A stretch of 64,000 nt of DNA from Nageia nagi (GCA_050084985.1 JBITNC010000001.1:121520001-121584000), one strand, 5' to 3'; shown: positions 23,450-35,661, counted from the stretch's first letter. Program-made: numbers and translations. Notes: a model not told the origin generated them from the letters alone.

Positions 23450-26183
23450 TGTTGTGCCTTACACAACCTGCCCCAAAATTTCGCAATTTTGAGGACCCTC
23501 TACAACTTACACGCGTCTAGCACCTAGTCAATGCAGCTTCTCCATGTCCCCAAACGAACTCAACATCATGCCTATTAGCCCATCACCCAAATGTGTCCAA
23601 ACAGCCCAATCCTAGTCATGTCATGTTAAAGAGTTAAAACCCTCGAAAAATGGCTAAGTTTGGGAATTTAAGTCGAGTTTAGGTGAAACTGGAAAACTGG
23701 TGTCTAGTCGGAGCCAAGCAAAATGAGTCTGGGTCACTCCTAGTCCTGGTGCATGCTCCAAGAAGACAAAATCTTGTCTTTCTGGGACATGCGCTCAAGC
23801 CAAGAGGTTGCCCGATTTAAAGTCCAAGTGTGGAAAGTGGAACTGGGTCACTTCTAGACCCGGCACATGCCATGAAAAGACAAAATCTTGTCTTTATGGG
23901 GCATGCGCCAGGCTCAGGGAGGCATCCTGGATGGAATGAAGGCTCGGAAACAATAACTTAGTGCATTTCAAGGCTGGCGCATGCCTCAAAAAGACAAAAT
24001 CTTGTCTTTTAGGAGCATGCGCCCAAGTCAGGAGGCTACCAGGATGGACTTGAGACCCGGAACGATGAAGTGCACTCACCTAGGGGATTGAGGCATGCCT
24101 CAAAAGGACAAAATCTTGTCTTTTGGGAGCATGCGCCTAGCCCAAGAAGGCTTCCAGACAAGACGAAGTGGAAAATTTGGCAAAGGCATGGAGCCTCAAA
24201 GCCCAGATCCCGCTCCAGCATGACTAGAGGGGCTGGTGCATGCCTCAAACTGGCAAATTCATGACTTTTGGGAGCATGCGCCAAGCCTAGGAAGGCATCA
24301 AGATGGAGTGAACTTGAAAATTTGGCTAAGCCCCGAGAGCAAAAGACCCAAAACGAAGCAAATCTGGCCACCTGCAACCCAATGCATGCCTCAGGAAGAC
24401 GGAATCCTGACTTTCTGGACCATGCACCCAGACTGGATGAGCCGAAGAAGTTGGAGGGAGTTTCAAAAAGACAAAATCTTGTCTTTTAAAACCATGCACC
24501 CATGGAAGAGTCGGAGAAGTTGGAGGGAGTTTCAAAAAGACAAAATTTTGTCTTTTGAAATCATGCGCCAGGCTTGAGAGGCCTTTACGTCAGTCCGTTG
24601 TGCAAAATCGGCAAGCTGGGACGCCAGGATGAGCAAAAATGAGCAAGTTTAGGTCACATCTAGCTCAAGAGAGAGTTGGGAGTACCGTTTCAAAAAACAA
24701 AATCTTGTCTTTCTATAGCATGCTAGTAGCTCAGGAGAGAGTTGGGAGCACCGTTTCAAAAGACAAAATCTTGTCTTTCTCCAGCATGCTCGTAGCTCAA
24801 GAGAGAGTTGGGAGCACCGGTTCAAAAGACAAAATTTTGTTTTTCTCCGGCGTGCTCCAAGTTTGGGACATACACCCAAGATGGCCAAATTTCAAAGATA
24901 ATCCCAAGTCATCCCAGTGATACATGCAGGCTACCAAATTGTCCTTGCAGGTGCTCAAAAGGTCAACAGGTCAAGTCCAGTGTTGCAGAGGCCAAGGAGA
25001 TAGATGAGCCTAAGAGTACTAGAAGAGCACAACAGCATGTTGTTGCAGTTGCAACAGTTTTATTTTATTTTATTTATTGCAATTCTATTTTAAATTTAAA
25101 TTCCAAAGACTTATTAAATTTTTTATAGCCTTGTGATGGTTGAGGATTTGCTCCCACAAGTGTTGGAATAAATCTTGTAATGCCACGTGGCACTTTATTA
25201 TTGGACCGCGTTTATTTTTCTTGGAACACGTAATTAGGGTTAGGGCAACACTGATGGTTGCTCCAAAACAATTTATATCCCATTTTGGTTCATTTGTAAA
25301 AGGGGGGGATTGACACTTTAACAATTGAAAGGAACTTTTGCTTGCTAGACCAAAAATTCTCTAAGTTGTTAAATGTGGTGCATGTATGTGTAATTATGAT
25401 GAAATGCTTCTCATGTTGTCATGCCAGATTCGAATGAATGATTGACAGTGTTGTCTAGTTTGTTCTATTGCTGCTTTGTGTTAATTTACATCACTTGGTG
25501 CATCCTGTAAATTCCGTGTGGAGAGGACAAGAGAGTGCTTGTATACCTTATAAAGTGGTTGATTAGCACATTGTTGGTGATATTTTGTCATTTGCAATCT
25601 TAGGCTTGAATACTTCAAGATGTCTTGTTGATGTCGCTCATAGTAGGAACTTCACATGGATCGTCGAGTGTTACCTTCACCCATCCTATGCCATCCTTGC
25701 CACAGCTTCATGCTCCTTCCACTAGACCATTCGTGTTGTCGGCTAGCGGAACAGATTGAGGGTGCTTGGAACCCACGCCAAGACCCAACAAATCGACTTT
25801 TGAGGACCTTATCCTGAGCCCATGAGTCCACATGCCTATAGTTGCATCCTACTACCCACAAGTCTTTCCACCATCTTTTCTTTCTTTATTTTCTTTTATT
25901 TTACACTTTCTTTTCGCGGTTTTCGCACCCTATTTCCCTTTCAGCATTTTACAGAAACAACTCCATCTAGCCACAAAGACGATCCGAGTCCTTGAATCCA
26001 CACATGATATTCATGTTGGTGGCAGCTTTAAACATCTCAACCATTCCCTGAATTATCTTCACCAAGTCGTGAAGTTAACCTTTGGGGTAACCAGTCCCCA
26101 TAGCAGGAGGGAGTAACATCTTTTCACCTGAGGTGTTGGCATTTTTCTCACTGCTCCAAGGTAGGAAAGAAAAACACCCCAAA
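23450..26183 (+). mobile_element. 2.73-kb solo LTR related to the 7599-11879 LTR, opposite orientation
   Basis: TSD CAACT (23445-23449, 26184-26188); removing it restores LINE codons D-E-L-E-S. Both termini resemble the reverse complement of the 7599 element ends. The right end reads CAAA instead of ending in CA. Confidence 0.85.
23749..24850. repeat. Array of ~11 palindromic units AAAGACAA-AATC-TTGTCTTT with variable spacers
   Basis: Copies near 23763, 23875, 23988, 24102, 24247 (degenerate), 24395 (degenerate), 24465, 24534, 24692, 24757, 24824; most are flanked by CATGC. Confidence 0.9.
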
Positions 26184-27956
26184 CAACTCATCAATATAGA
26201 GACCAAAGAGAGTTGGGGAAAGAGGGCATTCCTGCTTCACCCCAATGGTGTTGTGGATGCTATCAAAGAGAGCCTCAGTAGTACGCACCAATCCCAATAT
26301 AAAGAGTCAAAATAGTTGTAAGGCCCATCTCAAGAATCCCCAACTGTCTAAGTTTGTCCATGAGTCAGTGTCAAGGAACTATGTCAAAGCCCTTCCCAAA
26401 TTCCACAAAGCAACAAAAGACTAGGGACTTCTAGAACTTGGCCTCCTCAACGATCGCTCAGAGGGTGAGGATGTGGTCGATGGTATGGTGGTCTCTACCA
26501 AAACCTACCTGACCTCCTACGTTGAAGCCTCCATCTACCAACTTCGATGTGTAGTCCTCAAGAATGGTGGCGTAGAGTTTGGCCATGGTGTGGCCAATCA
26601 TGATGGTACAATAATTGCTCGGTTCAAAGGAAAATCACCTTTGAGTTGAACTAACCATCGTAACATTATCAGGAACTCCTAGTGCTTCAAATGAAAGGCA
26701 TTTATGAAGTTGTAAATAGTTGCAAGAGAATCCAAAATGGAAAAAATATATCCATATATGTTTCAATAAAACTCAGAGAATGCATGCTTGAGTATAGTTG
26801 TAAATAGCATAGTAATTGGGCTCTTGGGGCACACCTGAGTTTTTCATAATCTTCATTCTTCACCTGAAATAATTCTATAAACTTTTAACGAACAACGTTG
26901 TCCTTATGACCAATGACTTACCAATAACCTAATCAAACCTGGTCAAACTTGCAAGTTTTTCATTTGACTAGTAAGATCCAAATGAAAAAATGTTGCGAGT
27001 TTTGCCAAGATTGACCAGTTTACTATCAAGTCATTTCAATGGAGGCACATCAAATGAGCACCAAAAGAATGTTCTTATATTCCCGTTTTTGAAATGCAAG
27101 TTCTTCCCAAGTGAGAATAATACTTTTACTCTTTCAGGCTCTGTAGCATATCAATTTCAGCCCAGCACTCTCATACATATCACAAATGTACAACAAACCT
27201 TTTTCTCTCTCAAAATGGAGATATTCTCATTTGGACAATTCCTTGGAAACAGAAGATCCTCACTTTTGCACCTCTTATTGTTGGGATCTTATGGCCATCA
27301 CTGAAATTACAATTGGTGCTTTTGGTATATGAGTGTTAATTCCTTAATATTGTTATTGTATGGCAACTATGTTATTTTAGCCTTCAAGAAAATAAAAAGA
27401 CTCTCAAGAAGAATCATGCGAAGATCTCCATCAAGGTAGCATTGCAAGAGAGAAGAAAACATTGATTATGTGGTAGCCAGGCAAAGGATTGAAGCTGAAG
27501 ATGATAAACCTCATAATCAAAGTGACATAGTGTAAGTGTGGAAAGTGCTGAATTGAGGATGACAACTATGGATCAGCTATCAAAATGGCATAGCAGAACT
27601 TGTTGAAGGACTTCAACAAAGAGGACAAGATATGGGAATCTTGATCGATATTGAGGACTTGAGAAAAAGGAATTGTATTAAGTACCAAAAAGGATCTACA
27701 CGAGAAGGATGTGGCTTAGGAAGCTATATCAACTCAAGAAAATTCCAAGAAGAACATACAAGAGAATGCCATAGGGAAACCTGGAGATTGGAAAGCAAAG
27801 AGAGCATGGAAAGCTATAAAAGAGCATGTTCAAGACAAAATGTGCAACATGGCAGCATCATCAGACTCTAAAGATTATAGAAAAAGAACAAGCTTTGGGA
27901 ACGAAGCTTTCCAAAGAAAGAGGGGGGTTATATCACCTCATATAGCATGCATCAGC

Positions 27957-28443
27957 TATCTCCTACGTGATTTTCTTTTTCCATTTTACATGTACAGTTT
28001 GGCCATGTGCATAGGAATCAGTAATTATTAGCAAGAATATCATATAAACAAGAGCATTTGCGAAGCCTGCAATCGTCTTATCTTTGTGAGTTCAAATCTT
28101 AATTGCTTATTGCAAATATTTGGAGGTTGCCCTTAAAAATGGCAAGGTGGTCACCCCCTCAAGGTGGTGAAGGCTACCATTTTCAGACTTCTCTTGTATA
28201 GCCTGTGTACTTATCTCCTACTTGATTTGCTTGTTCCATTTTACATGTATAGGCTTCCATGTGCATAAGAATCAGTAATTATTAGCAAGAAATCATATAA
28301 ATAGGAGCATATGTGAAGCCTGCAATCATCTTATATTTGTGAGTTAAAATCTTTATCACTTATTGCAAATATTTGAAGGTTGCCCCTAAATGTGGCAAGG
28401 AGGTCATCCCCTTAAGGTGGTGAAGGCTATCATTTTTGGACTT
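27957..28443. repeat. Two-copy ~255-bp tandem duplication in an LTR-like stretch
   Basis: 27957-28190 aligns with 28212-28443 (TATCTCCTAC...AAGGTGGTGAAGGCTA). Confidence 0.85.
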
Positions 28444-29165
28444 TTATTCTTCAATATTCTGGATTTAGCTACTGTGAAATATTCTTCAATCAGCATTGCA
28501 TTGTGATATTATTCTTGAATTACACTTTAACTCTGATATTTTTCTGTAATTGGAATATTTTTGTTAATTTTTTTGGCTGGTTTGTAACAGTCCTTTACTA
28601 AGCCTTGGCGTTAAGTCTTGTTGAACCTGGCAACCCAGGTAATTTGCCCTAATTAGTCCAAGTCATGAAACCTAGGAGGGTTACACATTCTAGGAAGCAA
28701 AACAAGCATCAGTTATCTCCTCGTCCACTGCAACACTTTTCAAGCACAGGTAAGAGCATAAAAAAATTGATTTGCAGCATACTATTTTCAACCTCTAACA
28801 ACTAATAGATAGTGCAAATTCACTTCCGAGTTCCTATAGTAATTATCAGGTTGCCATTATTTAGCAACCCAAAAACTAGCAGACTGTCGTTTTAACACAA
28901 TAGATAGATGGCCTTATACCTATGGCTAACTTACCCATATGCTAGCAGACTCTCAAAATTGGCTTCTACGGTTGATAGCCTTGAATGGTAAATGTGGAAA
29001 AAGGTAACTGGATAGAATCTTGCACAATTTTGCTACATTGTCAACATCAAACTATTTCTTGAGAAATATTATTTATAATAAATACATAAGTTATACTGAA
29101 TTGGACAAGGAATACTTAAAACAACAAACACAATGCATAAATCTCACAGAAAGTACAAGCATTAC

Positions 29166-29252
29166 CTTGACGCAAGCTGCAGCCTCAGTTAATGCCTCAT
29201 CACCAACAGGAGGAGAGGGTTCAATTTCAAAATCCAAATCACTATCATCATC
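29166..29252 (-). CDS. DRMY1: DRMY1-like Myb protein, coding exon 3
   Basis: CAG acceptor ending 29253, GT donor 29165-29164, 87 nt, phase 0/0. Encodes DDDSDLDFEIEPSPPVGDEALTEAAACVK (family motif DDDSD...E.E.SP.V......EA.A.VK). Not in the ORF track. Confidence 0.92.
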
Positions 29253-29533
29253 CTGGATCAATTTTTGAGGACAAATGAACAGTGTAAGATAATATAAATT
29301 ATAAATAGAGATAGGTAGTTAGGAAGATAGATGTTATAAAATCATCTGCATTGCCTTGAAATTTAAAGAGCTTAATACAGGAGGAGAGGACTCAATTTCA
29401 AAATCCAAATCACTATCATCATCCTGGATCATTTTTGAGGCAAATGAACAGCATAAGATAATATAATTTGCGATACAAGGAAGTTAGATAGATGTGATAA
29501 AATCATCTGTATTGCCTTGAAATTTAAAGAGCT
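29206..29533. repeat. Tandem duplication of the intron-2 3' end plus the 5' half of exon 3
   Basis: 29206-29372 is repeated at 29377-29533, including the acceptor CAG and the DDDSDLDFEIE codons. Confidence 0.93.
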
Positions 29534-29872
29534 CAAGAAAGCAATTGTTTATGAAACCAAAATAGTCACTACATAAATGATGCGAGTAAAATAGTTGTTG
29601 CATACGAGATAATAAGAATCAATTTCATGCAAAAGGTTCAAAGGCTATCCATTAATACCAATCTATTAGATTTTTAAAAATGTTCCTTTATGATGCCAAT
29701 TTGATAAACAAAACAAACTGAAAGCACTAGGAGTTACTAAAGAATTATTTATATTTCCTCCTGATTTGAATAGTTCAAACTTCAAAGTGCAACATAAGCA
29801 ACTTCTTGATATCCCCAGCCATACAAATTACTAGAGATGTATGTTTTTCACTGTCATGGAGCTGAATCCGTC

Positions 29873-32800
29873 ATCATAAGATAGCAAGTATAGCAACACT
29901 AGAAGAGAAGAAACCTACAATTATAAGGATAGCAAGTATGCTAACCTACTCTAACACATTGAAGATCTCTAATCATGCGTTGGGATTGACGTAATCTCAT
30001 TCAACGGTGTACAAGGGTGATCCGTGTGCTCACATAGCCAACATCCAAGATGGGAAGTCTTGGGATGAGAGTTGTCACATTCAAAGGCTCCTAATTGCAA
30101 TTCCTCACGTAGGGGGATTCCCATGCACATTGGGATCCATAAAATCATCATTAAAGCCTCCTAGTGTAACATTGAGCGTTGGGGCTTTCCATGGTGCCTT
30201 AGGATGCCAAATAGCGGTCCAATTCGTCTAGGTGTGCCACGTCCAAGCATGAATGTCTTCTTGTGCCTCATGATAGGTAAATTACCTAATTCATGCTCTA
30301 CCTTGAGAGCAGAGCAATTAATACAAGAGAGGCCCGTTAGTGTCAATATTACGAGCATCTAGGCTCTAAATATGCAACGTCCCAAATTAGATGACTAATA
30401 TTGCATTTACAATAAATAATTAGCCTTGGTATTTTAATTACATAATTATTGGCATATTTAAATATAAAATAACACTTAACAAGCTAAAATAGGCCCCAAC
30501 ATCCCATAATTGGAGTAATTAATCAATCTCCAAGTGGAATTTACAATAATTGGGCTAAATATCCACTAATTTGCTAAAATTAAATAAAGACGCTCCTAAA
30601 TTAATATTCCCATTTATCAAAGGTGAAATGGGAAAAACACCATAAAAATGGGGATATTACAATTCTGCCCCTCCCAAATTGTTTGTCCCCAAGCAATTCG
30701 GAACATCTTCAACTGCAACAGAGTCTTCTTGATTCTTCTCTTCATCTTCCTCATAGCTGATCTTAGAACCAATAGAGTCTGGCTTAATCGTATTGATGGT
30801 TTCCATCCTTTGAAAACTCATTCCTTGTTTGTCTTGTTCTTTAATGCCACGTAGCACAACTTCTTGGCCTTGAACTCTAAACTTCATCTCTAAGGTTTTA
30901 TAGTTGGCGGTGATTTCTCCAAGCGTATACAACCATTGAACTCCAAGCACTTGATGTAGTAGTCCTCCAAGTGGTAGGTTATAGAAATCGCTAGTGAGTA
31001 CATAATCTCCGAACTTGACCTTAATATTCTCTACCATCTTATGGCTTGATGTGATGCTTCCATTACCAATAGCCACTTCAAATCCTGGGAATTTCCGAAT
31101 CTTGAATCCCTTCTTCCTTACGAATTCTTCATCAATAAAGTTATGAGTGGCTCCTCCATCAATCAATACCACAACTTTACTATTGTCAACAAATCCTTCT
31201 TCCTTAATAGTCATGAACTAGGATGGTCCCTTCAAGGTGATGAGTGCTCCTCCAATGTCTCTGACCTCAACCTCATGTTGGCAAGTATTTAACTCATCAT
31301 CAAAATCTTCTTTTACCTCAAGGACTTCGAGATATAAGTTTTGTGCCTTTCCATTGCATTGGTGTCCTTTTTCCCATGGATTTCGGCAAGTGAAACACAG
31401 TTTTTGCTTCCTTAATTCTTCATAAGTTGTAGAATCCATTTTGCTAACAAGTTTTGAGAAAGGTAGTGAAGGCTTTCCTCCTATGGGTCCTTTGCTTGTC
31501 GTGGCTATTGGAGCTCCTATCATTATTAGCTTTGTCACCACTCCCTTTGGTTTACTGGATCCTTCAAGTAATATTGCCTTGCGAGTGGCTGTTGCTAACG
31601 TAGGAAGTTCTATGGCCTTGAGTGATGACCTTATTGGTTCTTGTAATTCGTCCATGAAGAGGTATGTGAGCCTCTCATCATCTACATTTGGGATGGTAAT
31701 CGCCATTCTTTGGAACTCTTCTATGAAAGCCCCAATGGTGGTGGTTTACTTAAGCAAAGCTAATTCCTTGAAATATTCCTCTATGTGTCGTTGCTCAAAT
31801 CTGTCTAGCACTCTTCTGATGAATTCTTCAAATGACTTGACGTCTCCATGGCCTAGTATAGTTAGACCATTATGCCACCATTCATTAGCTATTTCATCAA
31901 GACACATTGAAGTTGTCTTTATCCCCTCTTCTTCGTCCATTGGGTAAAGTGAGAAGTAAGTTTGTAGTTTATGTAGCCATGCCTTGGCGGACATCTTTTC
32001 TCCTCCATTGAATATAGGCAAAGGCATTTTTGGCCTTTTATCCTCTAAATGTTTCTGAGTTTTCCAGTGCTTCCTCCTTTGTGCTTCCCAATAGGTGTAG
32101 AAGGGAACAGTATCTTTGAAGGAATCGGATTTATCCATGTATTCCTGCAGTACTTCATCCATCTTTGCTTCGCTAGGTTCTATTTCTGGAGTTCGCTTGG
32201 GTGTAAATAGCAACTTGATGGGATGCAACGGTGGAGTGTGCGTCTGTCTGGCTGATCCCTCACTTTTTGTTGGCGTCCCCTGGCTAGGTGGTTTCAATTG
32301 CGCCATCATTTGATTCATGAGATTGATCAAGGTGTCTAACTTTTGATCTGCCATTTCGTTTTCCTATCTCTTGTTCCTACATTGGTATTGCTGATGGATT
32401 TCAGGACGCATGTAGTAGCTTCTTGTTCCCACGAGTTCCTCTAGATGTCCAACAAATCACTCCAGGCTTACCAAATGCCAAATAAATGTTCTCAGGTCCT
32501 CAGGATGCTAGACGAGTGTCTCCAAGATTCTAATTTCGAATTTTTGCTACTCAAAATGTTGTGATGTCCTCATACTCCCACATATGGCTTTACGGTATCT
32601 CAAAAATATTCAAATTCCTGCTTTTCACATTTGCATCTTGCTCTCCCTCCAAAATTCAAATTCTTTGAACACTTAAAATTATAACTCCTTATTTCTCCTA
32701 ATTTAATTTGCTTATCAAATTAAATAAATAAAATAACTCCAAAATTTTAAAGTTATTTCCTCCTTATTGCTCCTACTTAAAAATAAATAAATTCTCACAA

Positions 32801-33700
32801 ATATTTTCAAGCTTGAAATTTAAATTGCACAATTAAAATTCCTCAAACTTAAATTTTAATTCCTTCCATGGTGGGATAATCTGGTCCAAGTACCAAATTA
32901 ATCAGGCCTGTGGGTTATGGGCTCAAAAATCTACTCTGATTCAAGCTACGCCTCCTTCAAGTTCAACATTCACACACAAATGCCTGTAATCACTGTAACT
33001 AATGCAAAATATGAACAATGTCTGCCAAAATAGGTCCAAGCTCTAATGGACAACTTCCTCAGATCCACAACAAGTTAAGCCTTCCTAAGGCTCAATGACC
33101 CTTCTTATGCCTTCAAATCTCAAGAATGTTGGCCAAAAATGACCCAGCATTCTTGCAGAAGCTCTCAGAATTTAGATTCCATGGTGAAAATATGTCAATT
33201 TATGCAATCTGACCCTTCTAGAAGCCAAATGACCTCCTTAAGTGACCTCTAAAATGCCAAACGGTCCTTCTTGAGACCAAATGAACCTCCTAATGGCCTT
33301 CAAACTCTTAGCAAACTCCCTCCTATCTCCTCAAAACTCAGATCTAGGCTCTTCAATGCAAAAATGAACCTCAAACTTGATGAAAAAGGTGCAAAATTTC
33401 GAAAATAATTACTCATCAAGCTAGACGACCTCCTTAAGAGCCTTGAAACTGGAAGATGGGATCAAATTGGGTCTAACAAACTGTCAGAAGATGAGATCTA
33501 ATCTCCTAGACCTCCAATGTAGGCTTCCTAGCGTCCAGATCCAGCAAATATGATGTCCAAAGCTCAAAGTCAGCCTCCTAGTGTCCAAACGAACTTAATC
33601 CAAATGTCAGAATGCCCTCTTTGCTTCTAGATCTCGCTTCAGATCTCTTCAGTCCTTTGCTTCTCTTGATACCACTGTAAGTCCAAGATAATAACACTGT
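29873..33700 (-). mobile_element. Gag+protease-only gypsy derivative (TR-GAG-like); 5' LTR mostly lost, left boundary approximate
   Basis: PBS-like CTCTTGATACCA ending 33674; gag 32354-31218 (retrotrans-gag motifs, CFTC..PW..GH.C); protease LIDGGATHNFI 31214-30657 running straight into PPT GGGAGGGGCAGAAT and the LTR edge at 30661; no RT, RH or INT. Confidence 0.85.
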
Positions 33701-33799
33701 AATGTAATGTCAGGTTTCTTCTCGTTTTAGCCTTTTAGGGTGTTTTTCAATCTGCTGCTCTCTGCTCTTAATTCCTAGATCTCCTTCAGCTAGACATTT

Positions 33800-34170
33800 A
33801 GGATTTCTCAAAACTTATCAAAGAATCAAGCAATTCTTATATTAGAAGAGAATGAAGGGAGACATCAAAAGGTATGTGAAAGAATGTAAAACATGAGAAT
33901 GCAATAAAGGTGAAACAGTAAAAGCATCGGGTCTATTGCAATCATTATCAATTCCTGAATGTAATAATAGTGAAACAGTAAAAACATCAGGTCTATTGTA
34001 ATCATTACCAATCCCTGAATGCAATAATAGTGAAACAGTAAAAGCATCGGGTGTATTGCAACCACTACCAATCCGTCATAAAACTTAGAAAGATGTCTCT
34101 ATAGATTTCACTGAAGGAATTCCTAAATCTGAATGTAGGACAGTTATTTTGGCAGTGGTTGATAGTCAAT
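33800..34170 (+). mobile_element. Gypsy integrase fragment
   Basis: GETVKASGLLQ..PLPI...KDVSIDFTEGIPKSE..TVILAVVD. Confidence 0.8.
33897..34076. repeat. 3 x 60-bp tandem repeat
   Basis: GAATG(C/T)AATAA..GTGAAACAGTAAAA.CATC.GGT.TATTG.AA.CA.TA.CAAT.C.T occurs three times at exact 60-bp spacing. Confidence 0.93.
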
Positions 34171-34199
34171 GTTTGGATATGTGTTCGCTTTAGGATGGG

Positions 34200-34750
34200 G
34201 TTTAAATTTTGAGGCTAGCAAGAAGCAGAAGGCAATGGTTTTGTCTTTCAATTGTTCTAAGTATAAAGGCATTTATGAGATAGGCTAGCAAATCATGGGA
34301 GATAATCGAAGTGGTATTGCAATGGCAAAGAATCCAATCCAACATCAATGTACCCAGAAAATTGAGATTCAACTTCATTATTTTCAATATCTAGTCTATG
34401 AGAAAAAGATTACTCTTCAATATCTTTCAACAAAGCACAAATTGGTCACAAAGCTTTGGCGGGGGCATGGTTTGCACAGCTTCAAGAGATGCTTGGGATG
34501 TCAGAAATTGTCATCAAGAGGACGTGTTCAGTATAATGGTACCTTCCAACATCATCATGTATGATTATCCTACGTTTCTTTCATGTGGTGTCCCAAACAA
34601 GCTTAAGTGAGGTTTCAGAATGTAATATATTATTGTTAAGCTTTCCCAACGAACTACTATTAATATTCACTCCATATTAAGTCAATATTTTATAATGTAC
34701 ATGTAACTTAACTATGACTAATATTTGAATGATCTAAATGACTTGGGAGT
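34200..34750 (+). mobile_element. Copia RNase H end plus probable LTR remnant
   Basis: GDNRSGIAMAKNPIQHQCTQKIEIQLHYF matches copia CDN.SAI..AKNP..H.RTKHI.I..HF. Confidence 0.75.
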
Positions 34751-34884
34751 CTCAATGCCTATATGGTAAATTATTATGTATCCCTTCTTCTAATCTCAAA
34801 GAGTCTGCTGTCCATCCAGGGATTTCTTCAGTTCATGTGTTCATCTTTAAAAACAAAATCTAAACTTCAAATTGTTAAGCATAC

Positions 34885-35077
34885 CAATGGTTGAGCATCA
34901 TCTTCGTATTTGTCAGGAAGGGTTGCATGGTAGGCCAGAGTGCGCCACAACATTTGATATTCCTGTGCATTGGTAATGCCGGTGGTTGTATTCTTCACAA
35001 GACAGTTCCAATCAATCTTCACACTGGCACATTTTGAAACTTCTTGCAGGAGGGCTAGCACTACCTTTGCATCATAC
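34885..35077 (-). CDS. DRMY1: DRMY1-like Myb protein, coding exon 2
   Basis: AG acceptor 35079-35078, GT donor 34884-34883, 193 nt. Encodes RYDAKVVLALLQEVSKCASVKIDWNCLVKNTTTGITNAQEYQMLWRTLAY...DAQPL, matching the conserved W..LVK.T.TGIT.A.EYQ.LWR.LAY block of the family. Confidence 0.92.
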
Positions 35078-35661
35078 CTGTAATAGAGCAACAAAGTAAC
35101 AACAGACAAAGCTGAAGAACTCATATCCCATAAAGGGTTAAAAAATAATCTCCATGTCAGCAATTGAATTACAATACATTCTGTACTTGAAATAAGTAAA
35201 ATCCCAACTTCTATAATGAAGAAAGTATCCTTAGCACGTAAGCCACAAGGAATCATAATTACTCGTGTATCCCTGAGAGCTTTGTTTTCCGATGACTTAC
35301 GAAAAAAAAAATGAACCGTAATAAAGGACATTATCTGGAAGCATCTCGTCAGGGCACCTGTCAAAACAGGATTTGATAGGTGGGTTTTGAGCCGCTTTCC
35401 CAAAGGGTAGATTCCATGGACCCTGTCCTAAGAGATTGGGAAAAAAAATAGGGAAGAAACATTTTGGAAAAAAAAAAACAGTAATAAGACTGATAATTCT
35501 AAAGCTTTAGTAGAATTAATGTTTTTTTCAACTCATCCTGTAATAGGCTGAATCCTCAATGAACAGGATTTTAGCAAATGGTAACGAGTTCAAACCCCAA
35601 GAACTCGAAATCTGATAAAAATGATAACTAAAAGCTTTACAATGCAAAAATCTAAAAATAC

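Larger units (their letters stand above)
21692..26625 (-). mobile_element. 5'-truncated RTE-like LINE, interrupted by a solo LTR
   Basis: RT motifs EPSNYCTIMIGHTMAKLYAT, GVKQECPLSPTLFGLYID|ELES, ILLFVNDIVLLS, LVVNLNKT; C-terminal FRVCSHQL.IE..C..C..EDHFIFRC; (CTTT)n 3' tail near 21692-21700; candidate TSD AAAGGAAA (21684-21691, 26626-26633). Confidence 0.88.

Noticed and set aside
23749-24850. CRISPR array (palindromic repeats with spacers)
   Set aside because: Spacers are irregular in length and several are related to each other; there are no cas genes; the array lies in a TSD-flanked plant LTR.
27311-28589. Delimited solo LTR
   Set aside because: Composition is LTR-like but I found no matching termini and TSD; only the internal duplication is reported.
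31441-31947. 168-aa plus-strand ORF
   Set aside because: Antisense shadow of the gag ORF.
34867-35403. 178-aa ORF as a complete protein
   Set aside because: Only 35077-34885 is exon; the rest is open intron sequence beyond clear splice sites.
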